Assembly (NCBI GenBank): GCA_965263035.1
Contig: OZ253580.1
Location: 2,208,001-2,272,000, forward strand
Direction of reading: 5' to 3'
DNA length: 64,000 nucleotides
Origin: Acidobacteriota bacterium
GTDB taxonomy: Bacteria > Acidobacteriota > UBA6911 > RPQK01 > JAJDTT01
Positions 48,218-57,716 of the stretch are shown piece after piece (the stretch's first letter is position 1; each line of letters starts with the position of its first letter). The translations under genes were made by a program, and so were the position numbers. A model generated the notes under the pieces. That model did no database searches, was not told the DNA's origin, and saw only the letters and a program-made list of their open reading frames with translations.

Positions 48218-49719
48218 TCGACTCGGCCCTGCGAGTACCAGCGCCGCCTCTTCTGGTCGTAGTAGACCCAGAGGATCTCGCCCCGGCCGGTGCCGACGAA
48301 CCGGTAGTCCCGACGGACCTCCCGGCTCCACCATCCTCCGCTGATGAGATAACCCAGCAGGCGCCCCAGTCCCGGGGATCTCTTCCACCACCGGCCCGCC
48401 GACTCCAAGGGAGACCGTTTCAGCGGCCGGGGACGGGCGTGGGCGCGCCGCACCAGGGAGCGCAGAGAGACCGAACGGGGGCTGGCCGCCGGGAGCTTCT
48501 CGAGGGGCCGCCACTCGCAACGGGCTTCCGGCAGATGCCCCGACTTGAGCCGGGCCGAGACCACCGAATCGGGGCCGAACTCGGCCCGGACCCGGGCCAG
48601 AGCGCGCAGGGCCGCCTCCAGGTTCCGGCTCGGGTTCCGTTGCAGAAGGCTCACCACCCGGGGGGCGGCGGACACGCCCTCCACCTCCAGGGAGAGCTCC
48701 ACCGGACGAACCGGCAGGGAGAGGCTCTCCAGGCGCAAACGGACCAGATCCAGCAGGGCCGAAACCTTCAAGGTGGGCCTGGCCGGCTGGATCTGCTCGA
48801 GGCGGCGGTGGCCGTCCTCCAGCAGCAGCTGCAACCGGAGGACGGCCACCTTCTGGCCCCTGTCCGCCGCCGCCATCAACAAGGGGTCCAGCAACTGCTT
48901 GATCCTGAAAAGGAGCCTCGGCGCATTGGATTCGGGCTCCTCCAGTTCCGTCCGGGCACGGAGAGGCTCGGGGATCATTCGGGGCTGGAGCGGCAGCGAA
49001 AGCTCACCCGCCGCAAGACGGTACAGGGTCCGGGCCTCCCGGCCGAGATGCCGGGCGATGCCGCCTTGGGGAAGATCCAGGAAGTCTCCGACGGTGTGAA
49101 TCCCCAGCTTCTCCAGCCGGTCGCGCAAGCTCGGGGCGATCCGCAGATGCTGCAGGCGCACCTTGCGGCTGCAGACCTCCTCCATCTCGAAGGAGGGGAG
49201 CACCATCACCCGGTTCTCCGCCTTGGCGATGGCATAGCTGCCGAAACGGCTGAAGCCGACCACGATACTCGCCGGCAGCTCCAGCCGGGAGAAACCGGAG
49301 GCCATCTCCCGGGTCCAGTTCTCGAAAGAGCCGTAGAGCCTGTCGAGCCGGGTGGCGTCGACCCAGAAAATCCCGGGTTCGTCTTCAGAGGGCTCGACCC
49401 CGGGACTGAAATCGGCCAGCAGCTCGTGCACCTGCCGGACCGCGGCCCCGATCTCCTCCTCCGAAACCGTGCCCGCACACAGGTTCCGATCCAGGGAGAG
49501 GCCGGAGGCATAGCGCATCCCCGGCCGAATGCCGGCCCCGGCAGCCGCGGAGTTGACCCACAGGATGGGGCTCTGAGGTTTCTCCTGCTCCACCACCGCA
49601 ACCGGTCTCTGCCTCCACTCCGGATGCCTCCTCATCAGGAGCTGCAGCGGCAGTGCCCGGATGTTAATGCAGGCCGTCCGGTCCACGGCAGACCTCGGTG
49701 TGGCTCCAACCCGGTCCAT
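48214..49719 (-). CDS. imuB: ImuB, Y-family polymerase-like mutasome scaffold
   Basis: AAGAGIRPGM, FSPGVE, LGIHTVGDF, C-terminal GGWW..RRDY..WVYYD..WYSQG; located between imuA and dnaE2. Confidence 0.9.
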   Translation of the reverse strand: MDRVGATPRSAVDRTACINIRALPLQLLMRRHPEWRQRPVAVVEQEKPQSPILWVNSAAAGAGIRPGMRYASGLSLDRNLCAGTVSEEEIGAAVRQVHELLADFSPGVEPSEDEPGIFWVDATRLDRLYGSFENWTREMASGFSRLELPASIVVGFSRFGSYAIAKAENRVMVLPSFEMEEVCSRKVRLQHLRIAPSLRDRLEKLGIHTVGDFLDLPQGGIARHLGREARTLYRLAAGELSLPLQPRMIPEPLRARTELEEPESNAPRLLFRIKQLLDPLLMAAADRGQKVAVLRLQLLLEDGHRRLEQIQPARPTLKVSALLDLVRLRLESLSLPVRPVELSLEVEGVSAAPRVVSLLQRNPSRNLEAALRALARVRAEFGPDSVVSARLKSGHLPEARCEWRPLEKLPAASPRSVSLRSLVRRAHARPRPLKRSPLESAGRWWKRSPGLGRLLGYLISGGWWSREVRRDYRFVGTGRGEILWVYYDQKRRRWYSQGRVE

Positions 49720-50299
49720 GACGCCTGTCCTTCAAGATCTCGATCTGGTACTGGAAGCGATCGACCTCCAGACGCCGGCAGGAGGTCTGTCCCCGCAGAG
49801 AGACCATGGATCCCAGCGAAGGCGCCCCCCGAGCCTTGGAGGTGAGGCAGAGGAGGGCGGCATCGTGGGTCCGCGCCTGCTGGACCAGACGCGTCTGCAG
49901 CGGTACGGAAATGGTGCGATTGGAGTTCAGGTCCATCACGATCAGTCCGAAAGCCCCCGACCTCAGGAGCCGGTCCGCCGCGCGCCCCGCGGACTGAGCG
50001 TCCGGGACCCGAATCACCACCAGGGCATCCAGGTCCACGCCGTTCTCGGCCGCGTCCGGAGCGAAGAAAGTGCCCGGTCCGGCCGCGATCCAGGCGGCCG
50101 GCTCCCCTTCCAGTTGTGCGTCCAGCACCAGCCGAAAGGCGGACGTCAGCAGCGCCGCTCCGGAAATCGAGGAGAGTTCACAGAGGCGGCCGGCCAACTG
50201 TTCCCGGGACCAGAGTGGAGTTTCCGTCCGGGGCGTTGCCGCCGCCCAATCGAGATGGGTCCTGAGACCCCGCAGATCGATGGCTTGCAAGGCTGACAT
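49664..50299 (-). CDS. imuA: ImuA, RecA-like mutagenesis protein
   Basis: ATG 50299 with GGAGG RBS; GRLCELS, AAWI, FFAPDAAENGVDL, LLRSGAFGLIVMD; degenerate Walker A. Confidence 0.85.
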   Translation of the reverse strand: MSALQAIDLRGLRTHLDWAAATPRTETPLWSREQLAGRLCELSSISGAALLTSAFRLVLDAQLEGEPAAWIAAGPGTFFAPDAAENGVDLDALVVIRVPDAQSAGRAADRLLRSGAFGLIVMDLNSNRTISVPLQTRLVQQARTHDAALLCLTSKARGAPSLGSMVSLRGQTSCRRLEVDRFQYQIEILKDRRHGPGWSHTEVCRGPDGLH

Positions 50300-50309
50300 G
50301 CTTCCTCCT

Positions 50310-50927
50310 TTACTCAAAACTCCTTCTGACTTCGATGACCTTGCCCAGGATCGAGAACGGCTCTCCGTCCTCTCGAGGGACGATGGGCTCGAAGGCGTCG
50401 TTTTCGGGATGCAGTTCGACCCGGCCCTTCTCCTCCCGGTACCGCTTGACGGTCGCCTCTTCACCCACCAGGGCCACTACGATCTCCCCCGTCCTGGCGG
50501 CCGGCTGCCGGCGGACGATCACGGTGTCCCCCGGCAGGATGCCGGCCCGGAGCATGCTCTCCCCCTGAACGGTCAGGGCGAAGAGCTCCCGGTCGTCGAA
50601 GGGGCTCTTCTGCACCAGGAGATAGTCGCCCGGGTCCTGCAGGGCCGTGGTCAACTCTCCCGCCTGGACCCGGCCCAGCATGGGGATCAGCCGGGAGGAA
50701 AGAGACCGCCCCAACTCCGGCAGGCGGTGGGACCGGGCCTTGCCCGAGTCCTTCACCAGCTTCCCCTCGGCCACCAGCGCCTCCAGATGCTGGCGCGCCG
50801 ACTGGACCGCCCGGAACCCGAAGGCCTGCTGCACCTCCCGGACGGTGGGTGGAGCTCCGTTCAGGATCCTCTCCCGCACGAACTCGTAGACCTTCTTCCG
50901 TGTCTCTCCAGGTGGCGTATAGGCCAT
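50310..50927 (-). CDS. lexA: LexA repressor
   Basis: PPTVRE wHTH, Ala-Gly cleavage site (VQAG), catalytic Ser (GESM) and Lys (ATVKR), LHPEN. Confidence 0.95.
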   Translation of the reverse strand: MAYTPPGETRKKVYEFVRERILNGAPPTVREVQQAFGFRAVQSARQHLEALVAEGKLVKDSGKARSHRLPELGRSLSSRLIPMLGRVQAGELTTALQDPGDYLLVQKSPFDDRELFALTVQGESMLRAGILPGDTVIVRRQPAARTGEIVVALVGEEATVKRYREEKGRVELHPENDAFEPIVPREDGEPFSILGKVIEVRRSFE

Positions 50928-50980
50928 GTCTCCCTCCCTGGCCGTTGACGGCCGAGCGATCGAAAAACTCAGGAAAAGAA

Positions 50981-51010
50981 AGAATAACAGACATTTGTCT
51001 GTTATGGCAA
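50981..51010 (-). promoter_or_regulatory. sigma70-type promoter of lexA-imuABC with a perfect palindromic operator
   Basis: Minus strand TTGCCA-N18-TATTCT (extended TG); ATAACAGACA-TT-TGTCTGTTAT at 50984-51005. Confidence 0.8.
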
Positions 51011-51057
51011 GCGTTTCTTGACTTCATCTCGGGAACTTGCCCAACTCATTGAAAACA

Positions 51058-51146
51058 GGAGCGGGAGCGGCGTCTTTCCAGGCGGCGAATTCCAGAATCA
51101 CAGTACGCCAAAAAGGGTCCGGGAGACTGGAAAGTCCCCCTCCTGT
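51058..51146. repeat. Degenerate REP doublet
   Basis: GGAGCGGCGTCTTTCCAGGCGGCG .. GGGAGACTGGAAAGTCCCCCTCCT. Confidence 0.6.
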
Positions 51147-51221
51147 TGGGAAAGTTCAGCCTTACTTTACCGATATAAGTAAGGAATTAATCTATATTGT
51201 AAGTCGATTTCAGGTATTGCC

Positions 51222-52265
51222 ATGATCGAATCTTCCATCGGGGACGCGGCCGTTCCAGACCCGTCGCTTGCCGGGTGGGAACGGACGGACGGGAGTCTCT
51301 TCCGCATCGACGCCCAGAGTCACATGGTCCCGCCCCCCGTCCTCGAGTTCATGATGACCCGCGACACCGTCCCCCGGGCCTACAAACAGGAGGGCGCCTA
51401 CTACACGCTCACGGGCGAATGGCGCCGGCGCGTCCGCCCGCAACACCTGGACGTCGACGCCAAGATCGCCGACATGGACCGGGCCGGCATCCGGACAGCC
51501 GCTCTCAGCATCAACGACCCCGGACCCGAATGCTTCGGCGCCGACGGCCCCAAGGTGGCCAGGCTGGCGCACGATTTCATCGGAGACGCTGTCGAATCGT
51601 ACCCGGGCCGTTTCTTCGGATTGGCAACGCTCCCGCTCCATCACATGGAGGAGGCGCTCAAGGAGCTGGACCGTTGCGTCGACAAGCTCGGCTTTCGCGG
51701 CATCCTGCTCTACTCGAACCTGGCGGGCCGCTTTCCCGACGAAGACGAGTTCCGGCCTCTGTTCCAGCGCGCCGAGGAGATGGGCGTCCCCATCCTGCTG
51801 CACCCGGCCTATCCGATGACGTACGACGCCGTGAAGGGCCGCTCCCTGGTGGGCGGCCTGGGGTTGATGTTCGACACCACCATCGCCCTGGCCCGGATCA
51901 TCCTGGCCGGGATCCTCGACCGGCACCCCCGGCTCAAGCTGCTCTGCCCTCACGTGGGCGGAGCGCTCCCCTATCTGATCGGCCGCATGGACCACCAGAC
52001 CCAGGTGCTCAAGCGGGGAGCGGACAACATCACCCGGCCGCCCAGCGAATACCTGCGCCAAATCTATCTCGACACCGTCTCGCCCATCGCCATGGCCATC
52101 CGGTACGGCTACGACTTCGCCGGCCCCGACCGGCTGCTCTACGCCAGCGACCATCCGTGGGTGGATCCCAACCTGATCGTGTCGAAAATCGACAGTCTCG
52201 GCCTGCCGGCTGCGGATCGGAAGAAGATCTACACCGACAACGCGAAGAAGCTCTTCCAGCTATGA
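51222..52265 (+). CDS. Amidohydrolase_2 family protein (ACMSD/LigW-like decarboxylase or hydrolase)
   Basis: IDAQSH, MDRAGI, LLHP, PHVGG, YLDT, YASDHPW, NAKKLF. Confidence 0.88.
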   Translation: MIESSIGDAAVPDPSLAGWERTDGSLFRIDAQSHMVPPPVLEFMMTRDTVPRAYKQEGAYYTLTGEWRRRVRPQHLDVDAKIADMDRAGIRTAALSINDPGPECFGADGPKVARLAHDFIGDAVESYPGRFFGLATLPLHHMEEALKELDRCVDKLGFRGILLYSNLAGRFPDEDEFRPLFQRAEEMGVPILLHPAYPMTYDAVKGRSLVGGLGLMFDTTIALARIILAGILDRHPRLKLLCPHVGGALPYLIGRMDHQTQVLKRGADNITRPPSEYLRQIYLDTVSPIAMAIRYGYDFAGPDRLLYASDHPWVDPNLIVSKIDSLGLPAADRKKIYTDNAKKLFQL

Positions 52266-53158
52266 CACCGGCGGCCGGCCGGCCACAAGAGGCGTCTGCG
52301 GCAAGGACTCCTCCCGAGCCCTCTTCCTACCGATTTCGGCTCGCCATCTGCAGCGGGACGTTCCATGGCTGGAGCTTCGCCGACGCCTGCAAAGGAGCGG
52401 TCCGAACCGGCTACGAGGCGATCGAGATCGCGCCCCATCTGCTCTCGGACGATCCCAACTCCCTTTCCGCCGGCCGGCGCAGGGAGCTGCGGGACATCCG
52501 CGAGTCGGAGGGCCTCCTCTACGTAGGAATGCACAACATGCTCAAGGCCCCGGGCTGGCTTCACCTGACGACGCCGGACCGGATCCGGCGTGGGAAAAGC
52601 TGGGATTACTTCCGCGGTCTCGTCGACCTGTGCGCCGACCTGGGCGACGACGGCCTGATGATTCTGGGATCGGCCCGGCAGCGCAACACGGTGGAGGGAG
52701 CGACGCGCCGGGAGGCCACGGGACGTCTGGCCGAGGGCCTCGCCGCGGTGTCGCCCCATGCCGAGGCGCGCCGGGTGCGGATCCTCCTGGAGCCTCTGGC
52801 ACCGCATCTGTGCGACGTGGTCAACAACCTGGAGGAGGCGACCGCCATCGTCGAGCAGGTCGGCAGTCCGGCGGTGCAGTCCATGTTCGACACCCACAAC
52901 GCCGTCGCTGAGACGCTGCCCCACGGCGAGGCGGTCCGGAAGCACTATCGCTACCTCAAGCACGTCCACGTCAACGAGCTGGACGGCCGCCACCCGGGCA
53001 CCGGCGACTACGACTTCAGGCCGCCCCTGCAGGCGCTGAAGGGCCTATCCTATCCGGGCTGGGTGTCGCTCGAGGTGTTCCACTTCGATCACGGCCCCGA
53101 AAACATTGCTCGCGATTCGGCAACGTTCATCAGGGAACTGGAAAGGGAGTTGGACTAG
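52262..53158 (+). CDS. Sugar phosphate isomerase/epimerase (AP endonuclease 2 TIM barrel)
   Basis: GYEAIE, LEPL, MFDTHN, HVHVNE, PGTG, SLEVF; ATG 52262 overlaps the upstream stop. Confidence 0.88.
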   Translation: MTPAAGRPQEASAARTPPEPSSYRFRLAICSGTFHGWSFADACKGAVRTGYEAIEIAPHLLSDDPNSLSAGRRRELRDIRESEGLLYVGMHNMLKAPGWLHLTTPDRIRRGKSWDYFRGLVDLCADLGDDGLMILGSARQRNTVEGATRREATGRLAEGLAAVSPHAEARRVRILLEPLAPHLCDVVNNLEEATAIVEQVGSPAVQSMFDTHNAVAETLPHGEAVRKHYRYLKHVHVNELDGRHPGTGDYDFRPPLQALKGLSYPGWVSLEVFHFDHGPENIARDSATFIRELERELD

Positions 53159-53368
53159 GGTTCAGCATTGGACATGGTCCGGAGCTTCCCATAATCCTCC
53201 TCCGGAGACGGAAGCTCTCCCCTGGTCCCTGGTCCCATGCTAAATCGCATTTTGTGCGGCCAAAAGCTCCGGCAATCGCCGCAGTCTCCAGGCACGAGTC
53301 ACCTGGCCAGTCATTGACAACGGAGCAGAATGCTTTCTAAATACTGTCAATGCTTTCATAATGACAGC

Positions 53369-53605
53369 ATGCCGGTACAGATTACCATCAGACGTGTCCC
53401 CGAAAAGGTGCGGGACGAACTTGCGGCGCGCGCAGCGTTGCGACGCCAATCCATGCAGGAGTTTCTGCGTCACGAGTTGGAACGCATCGCATCGCGGCCG
53501 TCCCTCGACCTTTGGCTGCAGCGCGTTCGCGAGCGCAAGGAAGCGGCGGGCACTCGCGTTCGAGCCTCCAGCATTTTGCGCGCCCAGGATGCGGACCGGA
53601 TGTGA
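53369..53605 (+). CDS. FitA-like RHH antitoxin
   Basis: MPVQITIRRVPEKVRDELAARAA..SMQEFLR. Confidence 0.85.
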   Translation: MPVQITIRRVPEKVRDELAARAALRRQSMQEFLRHELERIASRPSLDLWLQRVRERKEAAGTRVRASSILRAQDADRM

Positions 53606-54000
53606 CGGTCGTCGTTGACGCGTCCGTGCTGGTTGCGGCCCTGGTCGACTCGGGGCGCGAAGGGGTGTGGGCGGAATCGGCGATGGCCGAGGGCTCTCTG
53701 GCCGGTCCGGAATTGGTCCTGGCGGAGGTGAGCAACATCTTGCGCCGGTTGGAACGGATCGGGGAAATCTCGAGGCTCGAGGCCAACAGTGCACACCGCG
53801 ATCTGCTTCGGCTCGACCTGGACCTATTTCCATTCGCGCCGTTCGCCGACCGTGTGTGGGCTTTGCGGAGCAACTTGACCAGCTACGACGCGTGGTACGT
53901 GGCCCTGGCCGAGGCGTTGGATTGTCCGCTGGTGACACTTGACCGGAAACTGGACCGGGCCAACGGACCTGCCTGCGAGATCATCACCCCGCCCCGTTAG
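53602..54000 (+). CDS. VapC PIN toxin (intact)
   Basis: VVDASVLV, AEV, YDAWYVALAE, LVTLDRKL; GTGA coupling. Confidence 0.9.
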   Translation: MTVVVDASVLVAALVDSGREGVWAESAMAEGSLAGPELVLAEVSNILRRLERIGEISRLEANSAHRDLLRLDLDLFPFAPFADRVWALRSNLTSYDAWYVALAEALDCPLVTLDRKLDRANGPACEIITPPR

Positions 54001-54124
54001 CTTGTTCTCATCCGGAATATGCAGCTCTGGGTGACGAAGATCCTCCGATAAAGTCATAGCGCTGAAATCGTAGCATCACTAAACGGCGTCCGGCGTCACG
54101 GGTCACGCTGAAGGATTTCGGAGA

Positions 54125-55237
54125 CTACGAGAGGTCGACGAGGCTGTAGCTCGTGCTTCGGCCTCCTCCCGGATTGCGGGCGAGGAGACCGCGCCGGACC
54201 AGATCGGTAATGTCCCGCAGGGCGGTATCCTGAGAGCATTTGGCAAGCTTGGCCCACTTCGAAGTGGTCAACTTCCCCTCGAAATCATCCAGGAGGCGGT
54301 CAAGGACTCGTCTCTGGCGCTGGTTGAGAGGAACATCGGCGACGCGTTTCCAGAATTGTGCCTTTTTATGGACCGCCGCCAGCGTCGACCGTGAACCTTC
54401 GATGGCTCGGCCCAGGCAAGACAGGAACCAGACCAGCCAAGCCGTGATATCCGTCGTCCCCTTCTGCGTCCGTTCCAGGACGTCGTAGTAGGCGGCGCGT
54501 TCCTGCCGAATTTGCGACGACATGCTGTAGTAGCGTTGCGATCTCCCCTCGGAGCGGGCCAAGATCATGTCCGCAATCGCCCGCGCCATGCGGCCATTGC
54601 CGTCGTCAAAGGGATGAACGGTGACGAACCAGAGGTGGGCCACCCCGGCCTTGAGCACTTCATCGGTGTCGGCGGGCGCATTGAACCAGTCCAGAAAGGT
54701 TCCCATTTCCCGGGCGAGACGGGCGGCGGGCGGGGCTTCGAAATGCACCCTCTCCCGGCCGATGGGACCGGAAACGACCTGCATCGGGCCGGTGCGGTCA
54801 TCGCGCCAGCCTCCCACTCTGATCCGTCGCCGGTCACTGCGATCGGTTGAAAACAGAGACTCGTGCCAACCGTATAGCCGCGTTCTGGTCAGAGGCTGCT
54901 CAAAGCGTCCGGTGGCGTCCAGCATCATTTCCACGATCCCCTCGACCTTGCGGTCGGCGGGCCTGAGGCCGCCGAGGTCCAGGCCGAGGTGACGGGCGAC
55001 CGAAGAGCGGACCTGCTCCGCGTCGAGTCGTTCCCCTTCGATATCGCTCGTCTGCAGCACGTCTTCCGTAAGGGTTTCGAACACCGCTTCCTGCCGGAGA
55101 TCGAAGCCGAGAGCCTCCATCTGACCGCTCAAGCGGCCCTGCTGATACCGGACAGCAGCCAAAGTTCTGACCAGGCTGTCATTCTTCCAGTGGAGACGGG
55201 GCCAGTCGGGATGCTCGTAAATGCATAATCTCCGCAT
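54125..55237 (-). CDS. Fic family protein with DUF4172 N-terminus and C-terminal HTH
   Basis: Canonical HPFDDGNGRMAR motif; WPRLHW N-terminus; KCSQDTALRDI HTH. Confidence 0.92.
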   Translation of the reverse strand: MRRLCIYEHPDWPRLHWKNDSLVRTLAAVRYQQGRLSGQMEALGFDLRQEAVFETLTEDVLQTSDIEGERLDAEQVRSSVARHLGLDLGGLRPADRKVEGIVEMMLDATGRFEQPLTRTRLYGWHESLFSTDRSDRRRIRVGGWRDDRTGPMQVVSGPIGRERVHFEAPPAARLAREMGTFLDWFNAPADTDEVLKAGVAHLWFVTVHPFDDGNGRMARAIADMILARSEGRSQRYYSMSSQIRQERAAYYDVLERTQKGTTDITAWLVWFLSCLGRAIEGSRSTLAAVHKKAQFWKRVADVPLNQRQRRVLDRLLDDFEGKLTTSKWAKLAKCSQDTALRDITDLVRRGLLARNPGGGRSTSYSLVDLS

Positions 55238-55591
55238 ATTAAGCGGGAATTATAGGCATTAATCGCCGCAGAAGGCCATTATTCTCCGCATTTTGTGCGT
55301 TCAATAACTCTGATAATCGCCGCAATCTCCGGGCACGCGCGACAGGGACCACAGCGAATCGGTGTGCGGAGGGCATTCGTGGTCGTACCTGAACGTGATT
55401 CGCAAGCTCACGTGCCGGTCCTCACGCCCTTGGGACAGTGGCTGGTCGACAACACGCCACGCGGTGTGGACCTTGAGATTCCGCGAGACAGAGGTTCACG
55501 GCGGGAGATCCCGTTTGCTTCCGGAGATACGGATTGAAGGGCTGTCTCCTGGACACCAACGTGATCTCGGAGCTGACAAGAACGGCTCCGG

Positions 55592-57373
55592 TGAAGGTGT
55601 CCCGTTTTCGTGGACGGTTTATTAGTGCGGTTTACGTTGGTCTAGGTTGTAATACTCCTTCTGTCGTTGGGGAGCAAGACTTCCTCCCGCTGAATGTCAA
55701 TGGCCATAGAAAATGTCAGGGTTTTGACCATTGACAGAGCGTTCTTTCTTCTGTGGGGGGACTGATGGAGGCGTCAGCAAAAGGGCTCACGTTGTGGGAA
55801 ATCTCTGATTTTCCACAATGGGATACCGCGTAACGAGGGGGCCTCGGCGCTTTCTTTCCAGGGATTTAAGAGTGGTGTGTATCTCTTTGCATCCGGGGGT
55901 CTCAGGGGGGCAGCGCCCCCCTGCCCTCTTCAATCGTGTCGCGCGCGACGCTTGGTGCGACGGTGATGGTGCTGGCTTCGTGGTCGAGCAGCGCGAAAAC
56001 GAACCGGTTCGTGAGGCGGCGTCAGTCCTTCTGAGCCTCCCGGCCCGCAGGACCGGCATTGGAGGCAGGAAAGACGACCCCAGCAGGTCATCACTGCACT
56101 CGGCGAGAGCACGAATCGAGGATCTCGTCGTCCGGATCGAGTTTCGACGACGCCGTGGGTCCTACGCTGCCTGCTGCTCGTAGCGGACCGGCGACTCGTA
56201 GCCCAGCGCCGAGTGTCGGCGGCGCCGGTTGTAGAATCCCTCAATGAAGTCGAAGACGGTCCGCCTCGCCTGATTCGGATTCCGGAACTGGTGACGGTCC
56301 AGCAACTCGCATTCCAGCGTCGCGAAGAAGCTCTCGCACATCGCGTTGTCGTAAGCGTCCCCCACCGAGCCCATCGACGGCCGCACCCCGGCCTCCCGGC
56401 ATCTCTTCCCGAAGGCCGTCGAGGTGTATTGTGCCCCCTGGTCCGAGTGGTGGATCACCTGCTTCGGCTGTCGCCGTATCACCGCCATGGCGAGCGCATT
56501 CTCGACCAGTTCGGACCGCAGATGGGTCTCCATTGCCCAGCCCACGACCATTCGGCTCCAGGCGTCCAGGACCACGGCCACATACAACCAGCCCGCCTGC
56601 GTGCGAACATACGTCAGGTCCGCCACCCAGAGCTGATCCGGTCCCTCAGCCGCGAAGTTCCGGTTCACCAGGTCCGGTGCGGGACGCGCCTTCCGGTCCC
56701 TCCGGGTGAGCCCGGCCTTCCGGTGCCTCCGGCTCACCCCCTGAATTCCCGCTTCCCGCATCAATCGGCCCACACGCTTCGGGCTCGTCCGTTCCCCTCG
56801 AGCTCTCAGTTCGGCATGCAGACGAGGCCGACCGTAAACTCTCCGGTTCTCGTTCCAGATCTGCACGATCTTTTCCCGAAGCGCCTGGTCCTGGCGAGCC
56901 CGGTTCGAGGGCAGACGTTTCAACCAGGCGTAGTACCCACTGGGGGAGAGACCCAACACGCGGCACATCACCCGAATCGGAAACTGGGCCCGGTGCGCCT
57001 TTACGAACTCGAATCCTTTCCTGGGATCGAGTCGCTCTCCCGGGCGAACCAAGCCGCGGCTTTTTTTAGGATGTCCCGCTCCATCCGCAGGCGCTTGATC
57101 TCCCGCCTCGCCTGACGCAACTCCTGGCGCTCGAACTTCGTCAACCCGTCGCTCCGGTGCCCCTCGTCCAGATCGGCCTGCTTGACCCACTTCCGGATCG
57201 CCGAAGCCGAGGGCTCGAACTCCCGCGCCAGTGCCTCCGGCGATCGCCCCGAGCGCACCAGCCCTACGATCTCCCGCCGGAACTCCGGCGGATACCGTCT
57301 CTGCTTTCTTGCCATCGTGGATCCCTCCTTACTCCCCTACTTTGGATGTGTCCACGAAAGCGGGTCAACTCCA
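55592..57373 (-). mobile_element. IS3 family element (1782 bp), 4-bp TSD CCGG
   Basis: TIRs TGAAGGTGTCCCGTTTTCGTGGAC / TGGAGTTGACCCGCTTTCGTGGAC; CCGG at 55588 and 57374. Confidence 0.9.
56162..57315 (-). CDS. IS3 transposase OrfA/OrfB with a programmed -1 frameshift
   Basis: OrfA 57001-57315 (YPPEFRRE, ERDILKKAA); A7G slippery site ~57060-57067; OrfB WVADLTY, HSDQG, DNAMCESFF DDE motifs. Confidence 0.92.
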
Positions 57374-57716
57374 CCGGCTCCACCGGTTGTCGCCTTCCTG
57401 TCTGGACACCACGATTTGTGGCTCCCGACGATCGTGTTGCATGAGTTGGAATTCGGCTTGCGACTGCTGCCGTTGGGACAACGCCCTGACCGATTGGGGG
57501 CGGCGCTGCCGGAGTTCATTACCGGATACGAGGAACGAGTCCTGCCCCTGGAGAGAATGGGCGCGGAGTGGGCTGCCCAATTTCGCGCGCAGGCGCATCG
57601 CACCGGATGCGCACTGGACTTCCGAGATGCGCTCATTGCCGGAACCGCCAAGGCTCACGACCTGGCGCTCGCAACCAGGAACGTCGCCGACTTCGGGAGC
57701 TTGGACCTCGAGGTGG

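Noticed and set aside
48218-48520. ORF-track N-terminal extensions (dnaE2 to 48520; also 533, 51275, 50464, 63352)
   Set aside because: They overlap upstream genes or lack homology-like sequence; better starts with RBS or stop-start coupling exist.
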